The notes: generated by a model not told the origin, from the letters alone. 64,000 nt of DNA from Bacteroidota bacterium (GCA_024280115.1 JAJRQT010000230.1:146-64145), one strand, 5' to 3'; shown: positions 33,388-43,884, counted from the first letter of the stretch. Made by a program: numbers and translations.

Positions 33388-36300
33388 ATGAGTGAAGAAA
33401 TTCTAAAAGCTTTAACCCAGCTTTTTGCAATCATTACGAAGCAGGATGGAGGCGTTACTGAAAAGGAAAGAAATTTCGTAATCAGTATTTTCAAGGAAGA
33501 CCTTGACCATGACTCTATAAAAGAGTATCTGGCTTTGTATGACGATTTTGTTGGATATGGTAAAGAAGTAGAAACTACTAAGAAAAAGAAGCTGACATCT
33601 GTTAGGGATTCAGTAAAAACTCTTGCCATTTGCCGTAAAATCAATAAAACTCTTACTCAAAAACAAAAAATAGTTGTACTTATAAAATTGCTTGAGCTCG
33701 TAAGCTCTGACCGCAATTTTACTTCTCAACGAATGGAAATCATAAATACGGTTTCCGAAGTATTTAACATCGCCAAAGAAGAATATTCTCTGATTGAGGC
33801 ATTTATCTTCCATATTACAGAAGAGGCGCTCGATATAGAAGACCTCATCTATGCAAGAAAGAAATCTGAAATAAATTTTGAAAAGGCAAGGTCAATTAAT
33901 GTATCGATCACCGGTGAATTGCTTTTTTTGAAAATAAAAAGCGTGGACATGTATTTTGTCCGTTACCTGGGAGATGAAGAAATTCTATTAAATGGTTTTG
34001 CCATAAAACCCGGGCTGACCAATCAATTTTCACATGGCAGTACCATTAAAACTCCAAGTGGAGATGCTCTTTATTACAGCGACCTTATCAGGCATTTTCT
34101 TTCTGAAGTCGAGACGGTAAATCTTTCATTCATTGCAAAAGACCTGACGAAAAAATTTCCCAATGGTGCTATTGGGCTTAGAGATATAAATATTTCAGAA
34201 GGCCCTGGGAAACTCATAGGAATTATGGGGGCAAGCGGCGCGGGTAAAACCACCTTGCTCAATGTGCTTTCAGGAATTGACAAACCTACATCTGGTAGTT
34301 TGAAAATCAATGGAGTGGATTTGTTTTCTAATGAAACAGAAAAAATAAAGGGAGTTATAGGATATATTTCCCAGGATGATCTGCTTATTGAAGAGCTCAC
34401 CGTTTATGAAAACCTTTATTACAATGCTAAGCTTTGCTTCGCTGATTTAAATGAGGAGGAGTTGGACAAACGGGTTATGGCGACACTTTCAAACCTTGGA
34501 TTGGATCAGAGGAAAGATTTGAGGGTTGGAAGCGTGCTGGATAAAACCATAAGCGGAGGACAAAGGAAAAGATTAAATATTGCGTTGGAGCTCATCAGGG
34601 AGCCTGCTGTAATGTTTGTCGATGAACCTACCTCAGGACTTTCGTCAAGAGACTCTGAAAATGTAATTGACCTGCTCAAGGAACTTTCCCTAAAGGGCAA
34701 GCTGATATTTGTGGTAATCCACCAGCCCTCGTCAGATATCTACAAGATGTTCGATAAAATGATGATCATGGATGTTGGTGGTTATCCTGTTTATTATGGT
34801 CCGCCTGTAGAAGCTGTTACTTATTTTAAGTCAGCCAGTAACCAGGTAGGGGCAGAAAAAGGTCAATGCCAAACTTGCGGAAACGTAAATCCTGAGCAGA
34901 TATTTAATATCATCGAAGCCAAAGTGGTCGATGAATATGGAGAGTTTACAAACAAAAGAAAGGTCACTCCCATTCAGTGGAAAACGCTCTACAATGAGAA
35001 TTTCGAACAAGCAGAGGTTAAAGAAATAGAAAAGCTTCCTCCGAGGTCTTTAAAAATTCCATCCCGGATAAAACAGTCCATAATATTCGCCAAAAGAGAT
35101 TTGCTTTCCAAGTTGAGCAACAAGCAATACATGTTAATAAATTTGCTCGAAGCTCCGTTGCTGGCGTTTATTTTAGCCTTTTTGATAAGATATAAAAGCG
35201 GGCCTGATGGTCAGTCTTATATATTCAGGTTCAATGAAAATATTCCGGTGTACATCATGATGGCGATTATTATTGCATTGTTCATGGGGCTCACTGTAAG
35301 TGCTGAAGAGATTATAAAGGACAGAAAAATTCTGAAAAGAGAATCTTTTCTGAATTTGAGTCGGAGCAGTTATTTAATTTCAAAAGTACTCATCCTGTTT
35401 GGGCTTTCAGCCATACAAACCATCATTTTCACAATTATTGGGAACCTTATCCTGGAAATTCATGGGATGACCCTCACCTACTGGCTGGTGTTATTTTCCA
35501 TTTCGTGCACAGCAAACGTGATCGGTTTGAATATCTCTTCTGCTTTCAATTCTGCAGTTACGGTTTATATCCTGATTCCTCTTTTAATTATCCCACAAAT
35601 GGTGCTCAGTGGGCTTCTTTTCAGTTTTGACAAACTAAACGAAGTCATAAGCACTAAAGGGAAAGTACCAATAATTGCAGATTTAATGGCGTCAAGGTGG
35701 GGTTATGAGGGAGTTGCAGTGAGGCATTTCATGGAAAATGAATACGAATCAAAATTTTATGAATTTGAAAAGGCAGAGGTTCAGGCTAATTTTAAATCTT
35801 CCTATTGGATAAAAGAACTAAAAAGCCGAATCAACTATGCTGTTGACAACATTAACTCCGATGATCAAGAAAGGCTTCAAAAAGTGAATAGATATTTGGC
35901 CCTTGTAAAATCAGAACTCATTGAAGAAAACGGCTCAAATATGGTTCGGGATATTGATCTGAATATCGCCCTGGATCCGGAAAAGTTCAATGTAGAAATT
36001 GGCAAAGCAATCATGGGGTATCTCGATGTCCTTTTTAAAAAATACCTCAACCAGTATAATTTGGCTGTTCAAAAAAAGGAAAAGCTCATTTATGGTTTTG
36101 AAAACACATTCAAATATGATTTGAGTGAAATGAAAGATAATAGTTATAGTGAAAGTCTTGCAGATTTAGTGAGAAACCTTACAGTAAAAGACCGGGTCAT
36201 TGAATTTAAAGGAAGGCTTTTACAAATAATAGATCCTGTATTTAACGAACCAAAAAATCCAAAGCATTTGCTGGACTACAGGGCTCACTTCTTTGCACCG

Positions 36301-36468
36301 AAAAAGTACTTTCTTGGCTATTATTTTGATACATATTGGTTTAATCTGTCGGTAATATGGGGGATGACCTTACTACTCTATTTGGCTCTATATTATGAAT
36401 GGCTTAGGAAAATAATCGAGTCATTTTCGACTATAGGAAAGAAATTTAATAAGAAGGATTCCAATTAA
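33388..36468 (+). CDS. TerB-like N-terminal domain fused to an ABCG-type (ATPase then ABC-2 permease) transporter
   Basis: 'ITKQDGGVTEKERNFVISIF' is TerB-like. Walker A is 'GASGAGKTTLLNVLSG', the signature is 'ISGGQRKRLNIALEL', Walker B is 'VMFVDEPTSGLS' and the H-loop is 'VIHQPS'. Six C-terminal TM helices and a long helical tail follow. Confidence 0.8.
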   Translation: MSEEILKALTQLFAIITKQDGGVTEKERNFVISIFKEDLDHDSIKEYLALYDDFVGYGKEVETTKKKKLTSVRDSVKTLAICRKINKTLTQKQKIVVLIKLLELVSSDRNFTSQRMEIINTVSEVFNIAKEEYSLIEAFIFHITEEALDIEDLIYARKKSEINFEKARSINVSITGELLFLKIKSVDMYFVRYLGDEEILLNGFAIKPGLTNQFSHGSTIKTPSGDALYYSDLIRHFLSEVETVNLSFIAKDLTKKFPNGAIGLRDINISEGPGKLIGIMGASGAGKTTLLNVLSGIDKPTSGSLKINGVDLFSNETEKIKGVIGYISQDDLLIEELTVYENLYYNAKLCFADLNEEELDKRVMATLSNLGLDQRKDLRVGSVLDKTISGGQRKRLNIALELIREPAVMFVDEPTSGLSSRDSENVIDLLKELSLKGKLIFVVIHQPSSDIYKMFDKMMIMDVGGYPVYYGPPVEAVTYFKSASNQVGAEKGQCQTCGNVNPEQIFNIIEAKVVDEYGEFTNKRKVTPIQWKTLYNENFEQAEVKEIEKLPPRSLKIPSRIKQSIIFAKRDLLSKLSNKQYMLINLLEAPLLAFILAFLIRYKSGPDGQSYIFRFNENIPVYIMMAIIIALFMGLTVSAEEIIKDRKILKRESFLNLSRSSYLISKVLILFGLSAIQTIIFTIIGNLILEIHGMTLTYWLVLFSISCTANVIGLNISSAFNSAVTVYILIPLLIIPQMVLSGLLFSFDKLNEVISTKGKVPIIADLMASRWGYEGVAVRHFMENEYESKFYEFEKAEVQANFKSSYWIKELKSRINYAVDNINSDDQERLQKVNRYLALVKSELIEENGSNMVRDIDLNIALDPEKFNVEIGKAIMGYLDVLFKKYLNQYNLAVQKKEKLIYGFENTFKYDLSEMKDNSYSESLADLVRNLTVKDRVIEFKGRLLQIIDPVFNEPKNPKHLLDYRAHFFAPKKYFLGYYFDTYWFNLSVIWGMTLLLYLALYYEWLRKIIESFSTIGKKFNKKDSN

Positions 36469-36561
36469 ATTATAGGTGTAAGAAAGATCATGTAATTGCT
36501 TGATTTTCAGTTTTATTATACTGTTGAGATTTATATTTTTGTTTTGAATAAATACCATGTC

Positions 36562-37458
36562 ATGAGAAAAATTATTCCTTTATTTTTAGTTCTAATCGTC
36601 TTTGCATGCGGCCCGGGGAAAAAATCCGAAGAGCAGGTATTCTTAGACAGTTTAAACAATCTCACTTTGGATGGACCGATGATCTCTGAGGAAGTTATTT
36701 CAGAAATTATCCAGCAGGTACCATCTCCATTGGAGATCTCTTATTTATTGAAAGATGCAGGTTCTCAGTATGATTTTAACATATTGAATTCACCCGACAA
36801 TGTTTCTAATTACAACAGCAACTTCAGCAAAGCATTAAACCTCGGCATCTATGGGACTGACCTTGGATTTGCTAATATTTATGAAGAGAATCAGGATGCT
36901 ATTCTTTATTTAAATTCTATTAAAGGATTGGCCAATGACTTGAGTATTGGGCAATTTTTTGATTTTGGAACTATTGCAAGGTTAGCTACTAACAGTAAAA
37001 ACCTTGATTCTTTATTGTTGATTACAACCCAAAATTTCAATAGCATCAACGGTTATCTTCAGGAAAATCAGCGTTCTAACTTGAGTGTGCTGATACTAAC
37101 CGGAGGATGGCTCGAAGCACTCCATATCACATGCCAGGTAGCAGAGAAAAACCCTGGAAATGAGAAGCTGATAGAAAAAATCGGTGAGCAGAAAATAATA
37201 CTGGATAACATAAAACTGATGTTGGGTTTTTATACTAAAGATCCATACATCGCTGATCTGCATAAAAATATACTAAACCTCGAAAAGGCCTATGAGCAAA
37301 TCGAGATTATTTATACATATGCCGAACCAACGATGGAAGAGGTGAATGGAATTTTAGTAAATAAAGATAACAGTACCACCACCATCAACATTACAGATGA
37401 AAATGTAAAAACGATCAGGCAGGAGGTAATAAACATCAGGAAAAAGATAATAAGCTAA
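36562..37458 (+). CDS. Lipoprotein, unknown function
   Basis: The start is moved to ATG 36562, giving 'MRKIIPLFLVLIVFACGPGKK' (lipobox). The rest looks helical. Confidence 0.6.
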   Translation: MRKIIPLFLVLIVFACGPGKKSEEQVFLDSLNNLTLDGPMISEEVISEIIQQVPSPLEISYLLKDAGSQYDFNILNSPDNVSNYNSNFSKALNLGIYGTDLGFANIYEENQDAILYLNSIKGLANDLSIGQFFDFGTIARLATNSKNLDSLLLITTQNFNSINGYLQENQRSNLSVLILTGGWLEALHITCQVAEKNPGNEKLIEKIGEQKIILDNIKLMLGFYTKDPYIADLHKNILNLEKAYEQIEIIYTYAEPTMEEVNGILVNKDNSTTTINITDENVKTIRQEVINIRKKIIS

Positions 37459-37473
37459 AAAATATTTTTTTGT

Positions 37474-37908
37474 ATGAGACAGGTAATAATTATCATAGGA
37501 ATATCCATAATTGCATTTGTATTTACCATCAGCTCAGCAAATGCTCAATGTGCTGCTGATGCCCAGGCTAACGCATGCATCGGTAAGCTCCAAGATGGAT
37601 TTACGTTTTTAAAGACATTTAAAGTTGATGGTCAGGGTGGAGCAAAGGCTAAAATAGAATACTCCTATGTTTTTAGTAAAGACACTCAGTATTTTCTGAA
37701 TATTTGCAGTGACGGAGCAGATACTGACGGTATTGTTGTTACAATGTATGATTCCAAAAGACAGATGGTTTCTACAAATTACAATAAGGGGAAATTTTAT
37801 CCCGGATTAATTTATCCTTGTAATGCCACGGGAATTTACTATGTAACCTTTACCTTCAAGGATTCGCAAAATCATTGCGGAGGCAGCGTCCTTGGTTTTA
37901 AGAGATAA
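37474..37908 (+). CDS. Small secreted Cys-containing beta-rich protein, unknown function
   Basis: Signal peptide 'IIIIGISIIAFVFTISSANAQ'. 144 aa. Starts 16 nt after the preceding gene. Confidence 0.55.
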   Translation: MRQVIIIIGISIIAFVFTISSANAQCAADAQANACIGKLQDGFTFLKTFKVDGQGGAKAKIEYSYVFSKDTQYFLNICSDGADTDGIVVTMYDSKRQMVSTNYNKGKFYPGLIYPCNATGIYYVTFTFKDSQNHCGGSVLGFKR

Positions 37909-37955
37909 TAGTATAATTTAGACTTTTCTAAAGGCAGGTTAACCCTGCTTTTTTT

Positions 37956-38591
37956 ATGGATAAAAATGTAATAGAAATAAATTATAAGGCCCCGTATTAC
38001 AAGGTTGGGTCGGTGACTGATCAAACGATTAATATTTGGATGGTTTTCCACGGTTACGGTCAGCTTGCAAAGCCCTTTTCTCAATATTTCTCTATACTCA
38101 GTCAGCCCGATAATTGTCTGATTTTCCCGCAAGGGCTTTCAAAGTTTTATTTAAAAGGTGTAGATAAGGCAATTGGCGCCAATTGGATGACTTCCCATAA
38201 CCGGAAGTTGGATATCGAGAATTATATCTCCTATCTGAATAAGATATATGAAATGGAAATTGGACCCTACAGGGCTAATATTCATTTAAACATCTTAGGA
38301 TTTTCACAAGGTGTACATACCGCTTCCAGGTGGATTTATAGTTCAGAAATAAAATATAACAAATTTATACTTTGGGGTGCCAACCTTCCTCATGAGGTAA
38401 CTAAGGAGACTGTCAACAAGGTATTTTTTGGGGATAATTTTTTCGTAGTAGGAGATAAAGACAGATTTATCAATGCGGAACAACTTCAACGGTTGAGAAA
38501 CAGGTATAAAGATATTGGCTTTTCTTACGAACTTGTTCTATATAATGGGCAGCATGATATCTATCCGGATATATTGAAAAAGCTGGTTTAG
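37956..38591 (+). CDS. Alpha/beta hydrolase (phospholipase/carboxylesterase-like esterase)
   Basis: 'WMVFHGYGQ', nucleophile elbow 'ILGFSQGV', 'VVGDKDRF' (Asp) and 'NGQHDI' (His). Confidence 0.7.
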   Translation: MDKNVIEINYKAPYYKVGSVTDQTINIWMVFHGYGQLAKPFSQYFSILSQPDNCLIFPQGLSKFYLKGVDKAIGANWMTSHNRKLDIENYISYLNKIYEMEIGPYRANIHLNILGFSQGVHTASRWIYSSEIKYNKFILWGANLPHEVTKETVNKVFFGDNFFVVGDKDRFINAEQLQRLRNRYKDIGFSYELVLYNGQHDIYPDILKKLV

Positions 38592-39346
38592 CCACCGGAT
38601 CGATTTATCAGTGATGCGGAAGCCTGAGCAATAGGAAGTATAAGGGAGTCGGCTATATTTACATGTGGAGGCCTTGTCGCAACAAAATAGATGACATCTG
38701 CAATATCCTCGGCCAATAATGGTTTGAATCCATCATAAACTTTTCCCACTTTGCTTCTATCTCCTTTAAACCTGACTTCTGAAAATTCAGTGTCAACAGC
38801 TCCGGGATTTACTTCAGAGACTTTTATCCCATGAGCATTAAGATCTATACGCATACCGGCGCTGATTGCATCCACTGCAAATTTTGAAGCGCAATAGACG
38901 TTTCCTTTGGCATAAACTTCTTTTCCGGCTATTGAACCAATGTTAATGATATGACCTTTTTTTCGCTCAATCATTCCAGGGACTATGGCTTTCGAAACGT
39001 ACAACAGACCCTTCACATTGATATCAATCATCGCATCCCAATCATCCATATTTCCCTCATCTATGGTATCAAAACCGTGGGCATTTCCCGCATTATTAAT
39101 GAGTATATCTATGCTTCTGAATTCGGCAGGCAAAGAAGTTATTTGCTTAAATACCTCATCCCTATCGCGTACATCAAAAACCAATGTCTCAATATTCTGA
39201 TTTGTGGTAAGTCTTTCCTTTAATTGAATAAGGCGTTCTTTGCGTCTTCCGCAAATGATGAGATTATAATTATTTTGTGCAAAAACTTCAGCGGTGGCAA
39301 GTCCGATTCCTGATGTAGCGCCCGTGATCATTACTGTTTTATTCAT
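38588..39346 (-). CDS. Short-chain dehydrogenase/reductase (YdfG-like, NADP-dependent)
   Basis: 'VMITGATSGIGLATAE' (TGxxxGxG), 'NNAG' and 'YCASKFAV' (YxxxK). Confidence 0.85.
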   Translation of the reverse strand: MNKTVMITGATSGIGLATAEVFAQNNYNLIICGRRKERLIQLKERLTTNQNIETLVFDVRDRDEVFKQITSLPAEFRSIDILINNAGNAHGFDTIDEGNMDDWDAMIDINVKGLLYVSKAIVPGMIERKKGHIINIGSIAGKEVYAKGNVYCASKFAVDAISAGMRIDLNAHGIKVSEVNPGAVDTEFSEVRFKGDRSKVGKVYDGFKPLLAEDIADVIYFVATRPPHVNIADSLILPIAQASASLINRSGG

Positions 39347-39348
39347 AA

Positions 39349-40086
39349 TTAGTCAGAAAATTGCAGATACAAGGTTACAACATTCATTTTTAGAGATTCA
39401 ATTCCATCACTAAACCCGCTTTCGTCCTCCCTCAGTAAATTGAGTAACCCCTTAGAAAACCTGATTTCAGGACTGAATTTGAATAGCGGATAATACATAT
39501 CTATCCCTAACCCCAGCTCCATATTCAGATTAAAATCTTTTGTGAGCAGCCGGTTATTAGATTGTTCTTTTCTCTTTTTTCCAGAAACCTCAAATCCGGG
39601 AGCCACACCTCCAACAAAATATACTCGAAAATTTTTATGCCTTTCAGATTTATACTTGAATAAAATTGGAATTTCCACAAAAGTGGATTCGATAAGCTGC
39701 TTGGTTGTTGTTCCATCTGTGTAATTATAATCCACGGGGAATTCATAAAAAGAAACCTTTGGAAGGATGCGAATATTAAACTGTTCTTCAATTCGAAAAT
39801 CGGTGATAAAACCGAGAGAAAATCCAAAGGCATTGGCAGGCATTATAGAGTGAACACTGTCCATTGCAGGAGTCACGAATTTATCTGAATATTTCAGTTG
39901 ATAGCTTGAGGTGTGCAAACCAATACTAAATCCATAGTGCAACCACTTCGAGTCAGAAAATGGCAGGTTATATTGAAATGCTTCCTGGCCCATGGAAGAC
40001 AACGGTATAAAAAAAGCAAGAACTAAGATTCTTCCTATTTTATTCCGGTATATATAGAGCAAATTCCAAATGTTAATGGGATGCAT
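39349..40086 (-). CDS. porT: PorT/SprT-family outer-membrane beta-barrel protein (T9SS-associated), putative
   Basis: Signal peptide, then alternating beta-strand pattern ('LHYGFSIGLHTSSYQLKY', 'FGFSLGFITDFRI', 'VYFVGGVAPGFEV', 'LGLGIDMYYPLFKFSPEIRF'). It lies directly downstream of ubiE, an arrangement I recall as common in Bacteroidota. The annotated start overlaps ubiE by 52 nt; an internal TTG may be the real start. Confidence 0.55.
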   Translation of the reverse strand: MHPINIWNLLYIYRNKIGRILVLAFFIPLSSMGQEAFQYNLPFSDSKWLHYGFSIGLHTSSYQLKYSDKFVTPAMDSVHSIMPANAFGFSLGFITDFRIEEQFNIRILPKVSFYEFPVDYNYTDGTTTKQLIESTFVEIPILFKYKSERHKNFRVYFVGGVAPGFEVSGKKRKEQSNNRLLTKDFNLNMELGLGIDMYYPLFKFSPEIRFSKGLLNLLREDESGFSDGIESLKMNVVTLYLQFSD

Positions 40087-40769
40087 TCCGTATTGTTAAA
40101 TCCTGTTTTTTTTAATATCTGTATAAATTTTGATCCCTCCGGGAAAGCCTGTACAGACTCCGGCAGGTAGGTATAAGCTGAATTGTCCTTAGAAATTAAA
40201 TTTCCAATAATTGGCAAAATCGACTTAAAATATAAATTGTATATCTGCTTGAACGGAAAGGAAGTCGGTTTGGAAAACTCTAAAATGACAACTTTGCCAT
40301 TCTTTTTCAAGACCCGGTACATTCCCGCCAATCCCTTTTCTATATTTTCAAAATTCCTTACTCCAAAAGCAACGATCACAGCATCGAAATTATTATCAGA
40401 AAATTGAAGGTTTTCGGAATCTCCTAGCTCTAAAGTGATTTTATGATTGAGATTTTTCTTAACAATTTTTTCTTTTCCGATCTCCAGCATTCCTTCAGAA
40501 ATGTCAACTCCTGTTACCTTCTCAGGGTTCAATGTCAGTGACTGAATGGCAAAATCTGCTGTTCCGGTTGCAACATCTAAAATCGTTTGTGGCTTTGATG
40601 ATTTTAAAAGACCTATGGCCTTTTTCCTCCATTTTATATCTATTCCAAGGCTTAATAGATGATTCAGCAAATCATATTTTGAGCTAATGTTATCAAACAT
40701 TTTAGCTACTTGTTGCTTTTTGCCAAGGTCTTCTTGCTTATAAGGTACTATTTCCTTATTCATATACAA
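40035..40769 (-). CDS. ubiE: Demethylmenaquinone/ubiquinone C-methyltransferase UbiE/MenG
   Basis: 'VAKMFDNISSKYDLLNHLLSLGIDIKWRK', 'ILDVATGTADFA' and 'FDAVIVAFGVRNFEN'. Confidence 0.9.
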   Translation of the reverse strand: MYMNKEIVPYKQEDLGKKQQVAKMFDNISSKYDLLNHLLSLGIDIKWRKKAIGLLKSSKPQTILDVATGTADFAIQSLTLNPEKVTGVDISEGMLEIGKEKIVKKNLNHKITLELGDSENLQFSDNNFDAVIVAFGVRNFENIEKGLAGMYRVLKKNGKVVILEFSKPTSFPFKQIYNLYFKSILPIIGNLISKDNSAYTYLPESVQAFPEGSKFIQILKKTGFNNTECIPLTFGICSIYTGIK

Positions 40770-40801
40770 TGTGGAATGATGATTGATTTTTAAACAAACC
40801 G

Positions 40802-40809
40802 CAAATATA
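40802..40809 (-). promoter_or_regulatory. Bacteroidota -7 motif (TATATTTG on the minus strand) upstream of ubiE
   Basis: The plus strand reads CAAATATA, which is TAnnTTTG on the minus strand. It lies 33 nt upstream of start 40769. Confidence 0.4.
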
Positions 40810-40864
40810 CATAACGCTGTGGCAATAAGAAGAAATACCTCTGGATGAAATTAATTCGAAAATA

Positions 40865-42910
40865 TTACTGCTTGAATCTGAGTACTCTAAACTCAACCCT
40901 ACGATTAAACTCCCTACCGGATTTTTCATCATCGTTACTTGCCAATGGCCGCTCTTCTCCGTAACCTTCTACGAGGAACCGGCCTTCACTTTGTCCTTTT
41001 TTAATCATGTAATTAACAATAGCCTGTGCCCTTCTTTTTGAAAGCCATAGGTTAAATTCCTTCGTGCCTACATTATCTGTATGCCCGGAAATTTCGATGA
41101 TATATCGTGGATTTTCCTCAAGAACTTTAAGCAGATTATTCAATTCAGGATTTGATGAAGATTTTAATCTCGCAGTACCAAAATCGAAGTAAATATTTCT
41201 GATAACAGAACTATAGCCTACCTTGATTCTATCCAGCATAACTTGTTTTGCAATTTTATTGTTTCTTGTTGTCATCGCCGGAACAGAAACAGCTATATTT
41301 TTATACATATAACCTGATTTCTGGACAGTAATTTTGTATTGAGATTTTGTTTCATTATTGAATTGAGCCTGATATAGTCCACTGCCAATTCTCTTAACAG
41401 GGACTGATTTTCCATTACCAGTACTAACGATAGATATATCCGTTTCAAGTGTTTCCCTGGTCTTCTTGTCAACAGTTTTTAAGACAAGGACTACTGGTTT
41501 TGGTTTTTCTTGCACAGGCACAACTACAGGCGCCGGAGGTTTGGTTTGTTCTATTTTCCTCGCCTCTACCTTTTTTGGAGGCGCCTCCATATCAGCAAGC
41601 AAGATGTGATAGATATCGGTAAAACCCATGCCATCTGCCTTTGCTGAAGCGTAATAACCGCGTTTTCCATCTCTTGTACTCACAAAATAAATGTCATTAT
41701 CGGGTGAATTCATCGGATAACCGAGATTTATTGGATCTGACCAGGTTTTAGTTTCCTCATTGTAAATGGTTTTATAAATATCATAGCCACCCATACCTTT
41801 ATGCCCTTTGCTTGAAAAATAGAGTGTTTTTCCGTCATAGTCGATATAGGCGCCATCTTCATCAAATTCTGTATTGATCACCAATCCAATATTTTTTGCA
41901 GCGCCCCATTCTCCCTTTCCATCTTTTTTAGAATAATATATATCAAGATCAGTCTTATCTGTAGTAATAGGCCTGTCACTGGAGAAATAAAGGGTATTCC
42001 CGTCCGGGGAAATAGATACCGAATTCTCAGAAAAAGTACTGTTTATATTATCGTTGAGAGGTACGGGTTCAGACCAGGTGCCGTCCGGATTTTTTTCAGA
42101 AAGGAAAATATCTCCACCATTTTGACTCTTATACAAATAAAGTTGAGTACCATCAGCACTGATGGCAAGGTTGGAGGAATGATATAAAATATTTACGGGA
42201 GGGCCTAAATTTCTTGCTGGCGTCCATTTATCTCCGGATCTTGTAGAATAAAATACATCCTCGTAATATAACATATCATCGAATACGTCTTCGTTTGTAT
42301 TTCCATCCTGCCGCCTTGTGGTGAATGCCATAAACGACTCATCAGCAGTAACAACAGGGGCAAAATCATCCCACTCAGAATTGATGGAAGGCCCCATATT
42401 CTCTATGATATAATCACGTGGAGCGTTTACATATTCAGCCCCATTCTGACATTCATAAATCCTTCTTTGAACCTCTTCCTGGGGGGTAAAATCCTCACCA
42501 CTTCTTCTGGTGTTTTGGTTTAATTGCTCTGAATAAAGGGTATAATATTCAATGGCTTTTTCAAACTCCAATCCATATTGAAACCCCTGACCAATCAGGT
42601 ACAGAATATTAAATTTATAACCTGGATCAATTTCATAAACTCTTAATAAATACTTTGTTGCACTTGCCTTTGAGTTTGTTTCAAGGTATGTTCTGCCCGC
42701 CATATAATTGGCCTCGACATTTTCAGGATCCATATCAGCAGCCTGCACATACTGCTCGTTGGCAATTAATATTACTCGCAGATTAAAATAGGCTTCGTTT
42801 GCAATTTCAACAATTTGCTTCGCTGCCTCTTTATTCTCGTCCTGCCCGAAAGCATTAAAAATGATGGTCGAAAATATTGCTATTAAATAAAACTTACGGG
42901 ATGTCCGCAT
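40865..42910 (-). CDS. OmpA-family protein with N-terminal TPR and TolB-like beta-propeller repeats
   Basis: Signal peptide and TPR-like N-terminus. Repeated 'S.DG..LYFSS.R' units ('SPDGNTLYFSSDR', 'DGKTLYFSSKG', 'SADGTQLYLY'). C-terminal OmpA domain 'ISGHTDNVGTKEFNLWLSKRRAQAIVNYM...NRRVEFRV'. Confidence 0.85.
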   Translation of the reverse strand: MRTSRKFYLIAIFSTIIFNAFGQDENKEAAKQIVEIANEAYFNLRVILIANEQYVQAADMDPENVEANYMAGRTYLETNSKASATKYLLRVYEIDPGYKFNILYLIGQGFQYGLEFEKAIEYYTLYSEQLNQNTRRSGEDFTPQEEVQRRIYECQNGAEYVNAPRDYIIENMGPSINSEWDDFAPVVTADESFMAFTTRRQDGNTNEDVFDDMLYYEDVFYSTRSGDKWTPARNLGPPVNILYHSSNLAISADGTQLYLYKSQNGGDIFLSEKNPDGTWSEPVPLNDNINSTFSENSVSISPDGNTLYFSSDRPITTDKTDLDIYYSKKDGKGEWGAAKNIGLVINTEFDEDGAYIDYDGKTLYFSSKGHKGMGGYDIYKTIYNEETKTWSDPINLGYPMNSPDNDIYFVSTRDGKRGYYASAKADGMGFTDIYHILLADMEAPPKKVEARKIEQTKPPAPVVVPVQEKPKPVVLVLKTVDKKTRETLETDISIVSTGNGKSVPVKRIGSGLYQAQFNNETKSQYKITVQKSGYMYKNIAVSVPAMTTRNNKIAKQVMLDRIKVGYSSVIRNIYFDFGTARLKSSSNPELNNLLKVLEENPRYIIEISGHTDNVGTKEFNLWLSKRRAQAIVNYMIKKGQSEGRFLVEGYGEERPLASNDDEKSGREFNRRVEFRVLRFKQ

Positions 42911-43253
42911 ATATAAAAATGATAGTGGTTTCTGACTTCAAATAACACAAATTGAGGGTTGAATTTAAAATTCATTTTAAGCAATAACAAATGGTTGTAA
43001 TATATTTAGTCTATTGCTTTAATGACTTGAGCGCAAATTATTAATAAACAATCTCTTATAAAGTTGATTAGTTAATGTATTTGCTTTTTTAACAAGGATG
43101 AATACAAAAAACGTCTTTTTATCAATTCAAAAGTGTAAAAATAAAATGAACTAAATCCTCAATGGATTTATTAAATGATGTAATAATTTCTCCTTTTGAC
43201 AATAAATTCATCTTTATTTGCATAAATAATTAACATGAAATTTAAGGTGATTA

Positions 43254-43856
43254 ATGAAAATTAAGGAATCCGGGTTTATAAAAAGTAGTTCAGCGATAGA
43301 GCAATGTCCTCCTCCCGATAAAGCTGAATTCGCTTTCATTGGTCGATCCAACGTAGGCAAATCCTCCTTAATCAATATGCTGACAGGGAGGAAAAGCCTT
43401 GCAAAAATTTCTTCAAAACCAGGTAAAACCCAGCTTATAAATCATTTTGAAATAGATGGGAGTTGGTATTTAGTCGATTTGCCAGGTTATGGGTGGTCTA
43501 AAGTGAGTAAGCAGAAAAAAGCAGATTGGGGTATTATGATTGAGGAATATTTACTTAAAAGGGAAAACCTGGTTTGCCTGTTTGTGCTCATCGATTCGCG
43601 CCTGGAACCACAAAATATCGATTATGAATTTGTCACATGGCTCGCTGAACAAGGCATTCCTTTTGCGATGGTTTTTACAAAGACAGATAAGCTGTCTAAA
43701 AATAAATTCCAATCCATCAAGGCAAAACATCTTAGAAGGTTGAAAAGTGATTGGGAAGAAATGCCATTATTTTTTGAAAGCTCCGCTATAAATCAAACAG
43801 GTAAAAAAGAAATATTAAACTTTGCGGGAGAAATAATTTCAGATTATAAAAAATAA
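43254..43856 (+). CDS. engB: Ribosome-biogenesis GTPase YihA/EngB
   Basis: G1 'GRSNVGKSSLIN', G3 'DLPGYG' and G4 'TKTDK'. 200 aa. Confidence 0.9.
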   Translation: MKIKESGFIKSSSAIEQCPPPDKAEFAFIGRSNVGKSSLINMLTGRKSLAKISSKPGKTQLINHFEIDGSWYLVDLPGYGWSKVSKQKKADWGIMIEEYLLKRENLVCLFVLIDSRLEPQNIDYEFVTWLAEQGIPFAMVFTKTDKLSKNKFQSIKAKHLRRLKSDWEEMPLFFESSAINQTGKKEILNFAGEIISDYKK

Positions 43857-43884
43857 TCTTTTTTAATATCGCCGTTATTTAGTT

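Noticed and set aside
36496-36561. Upstream extensions of ORFs 36496, 58446 and 59221 (lipoprotein, panB, glycosyltransferase).
   Set aside because: In each case an internal start (36562 ATG, 58497 ATG, 59329 TTG) gives the canonical N-terminus (lipobox, '[10 protein letters not shown]' and 'MKKVLFIVPYP'). It also avoids overlap with the preceding gene or non-coding-looking sequence.
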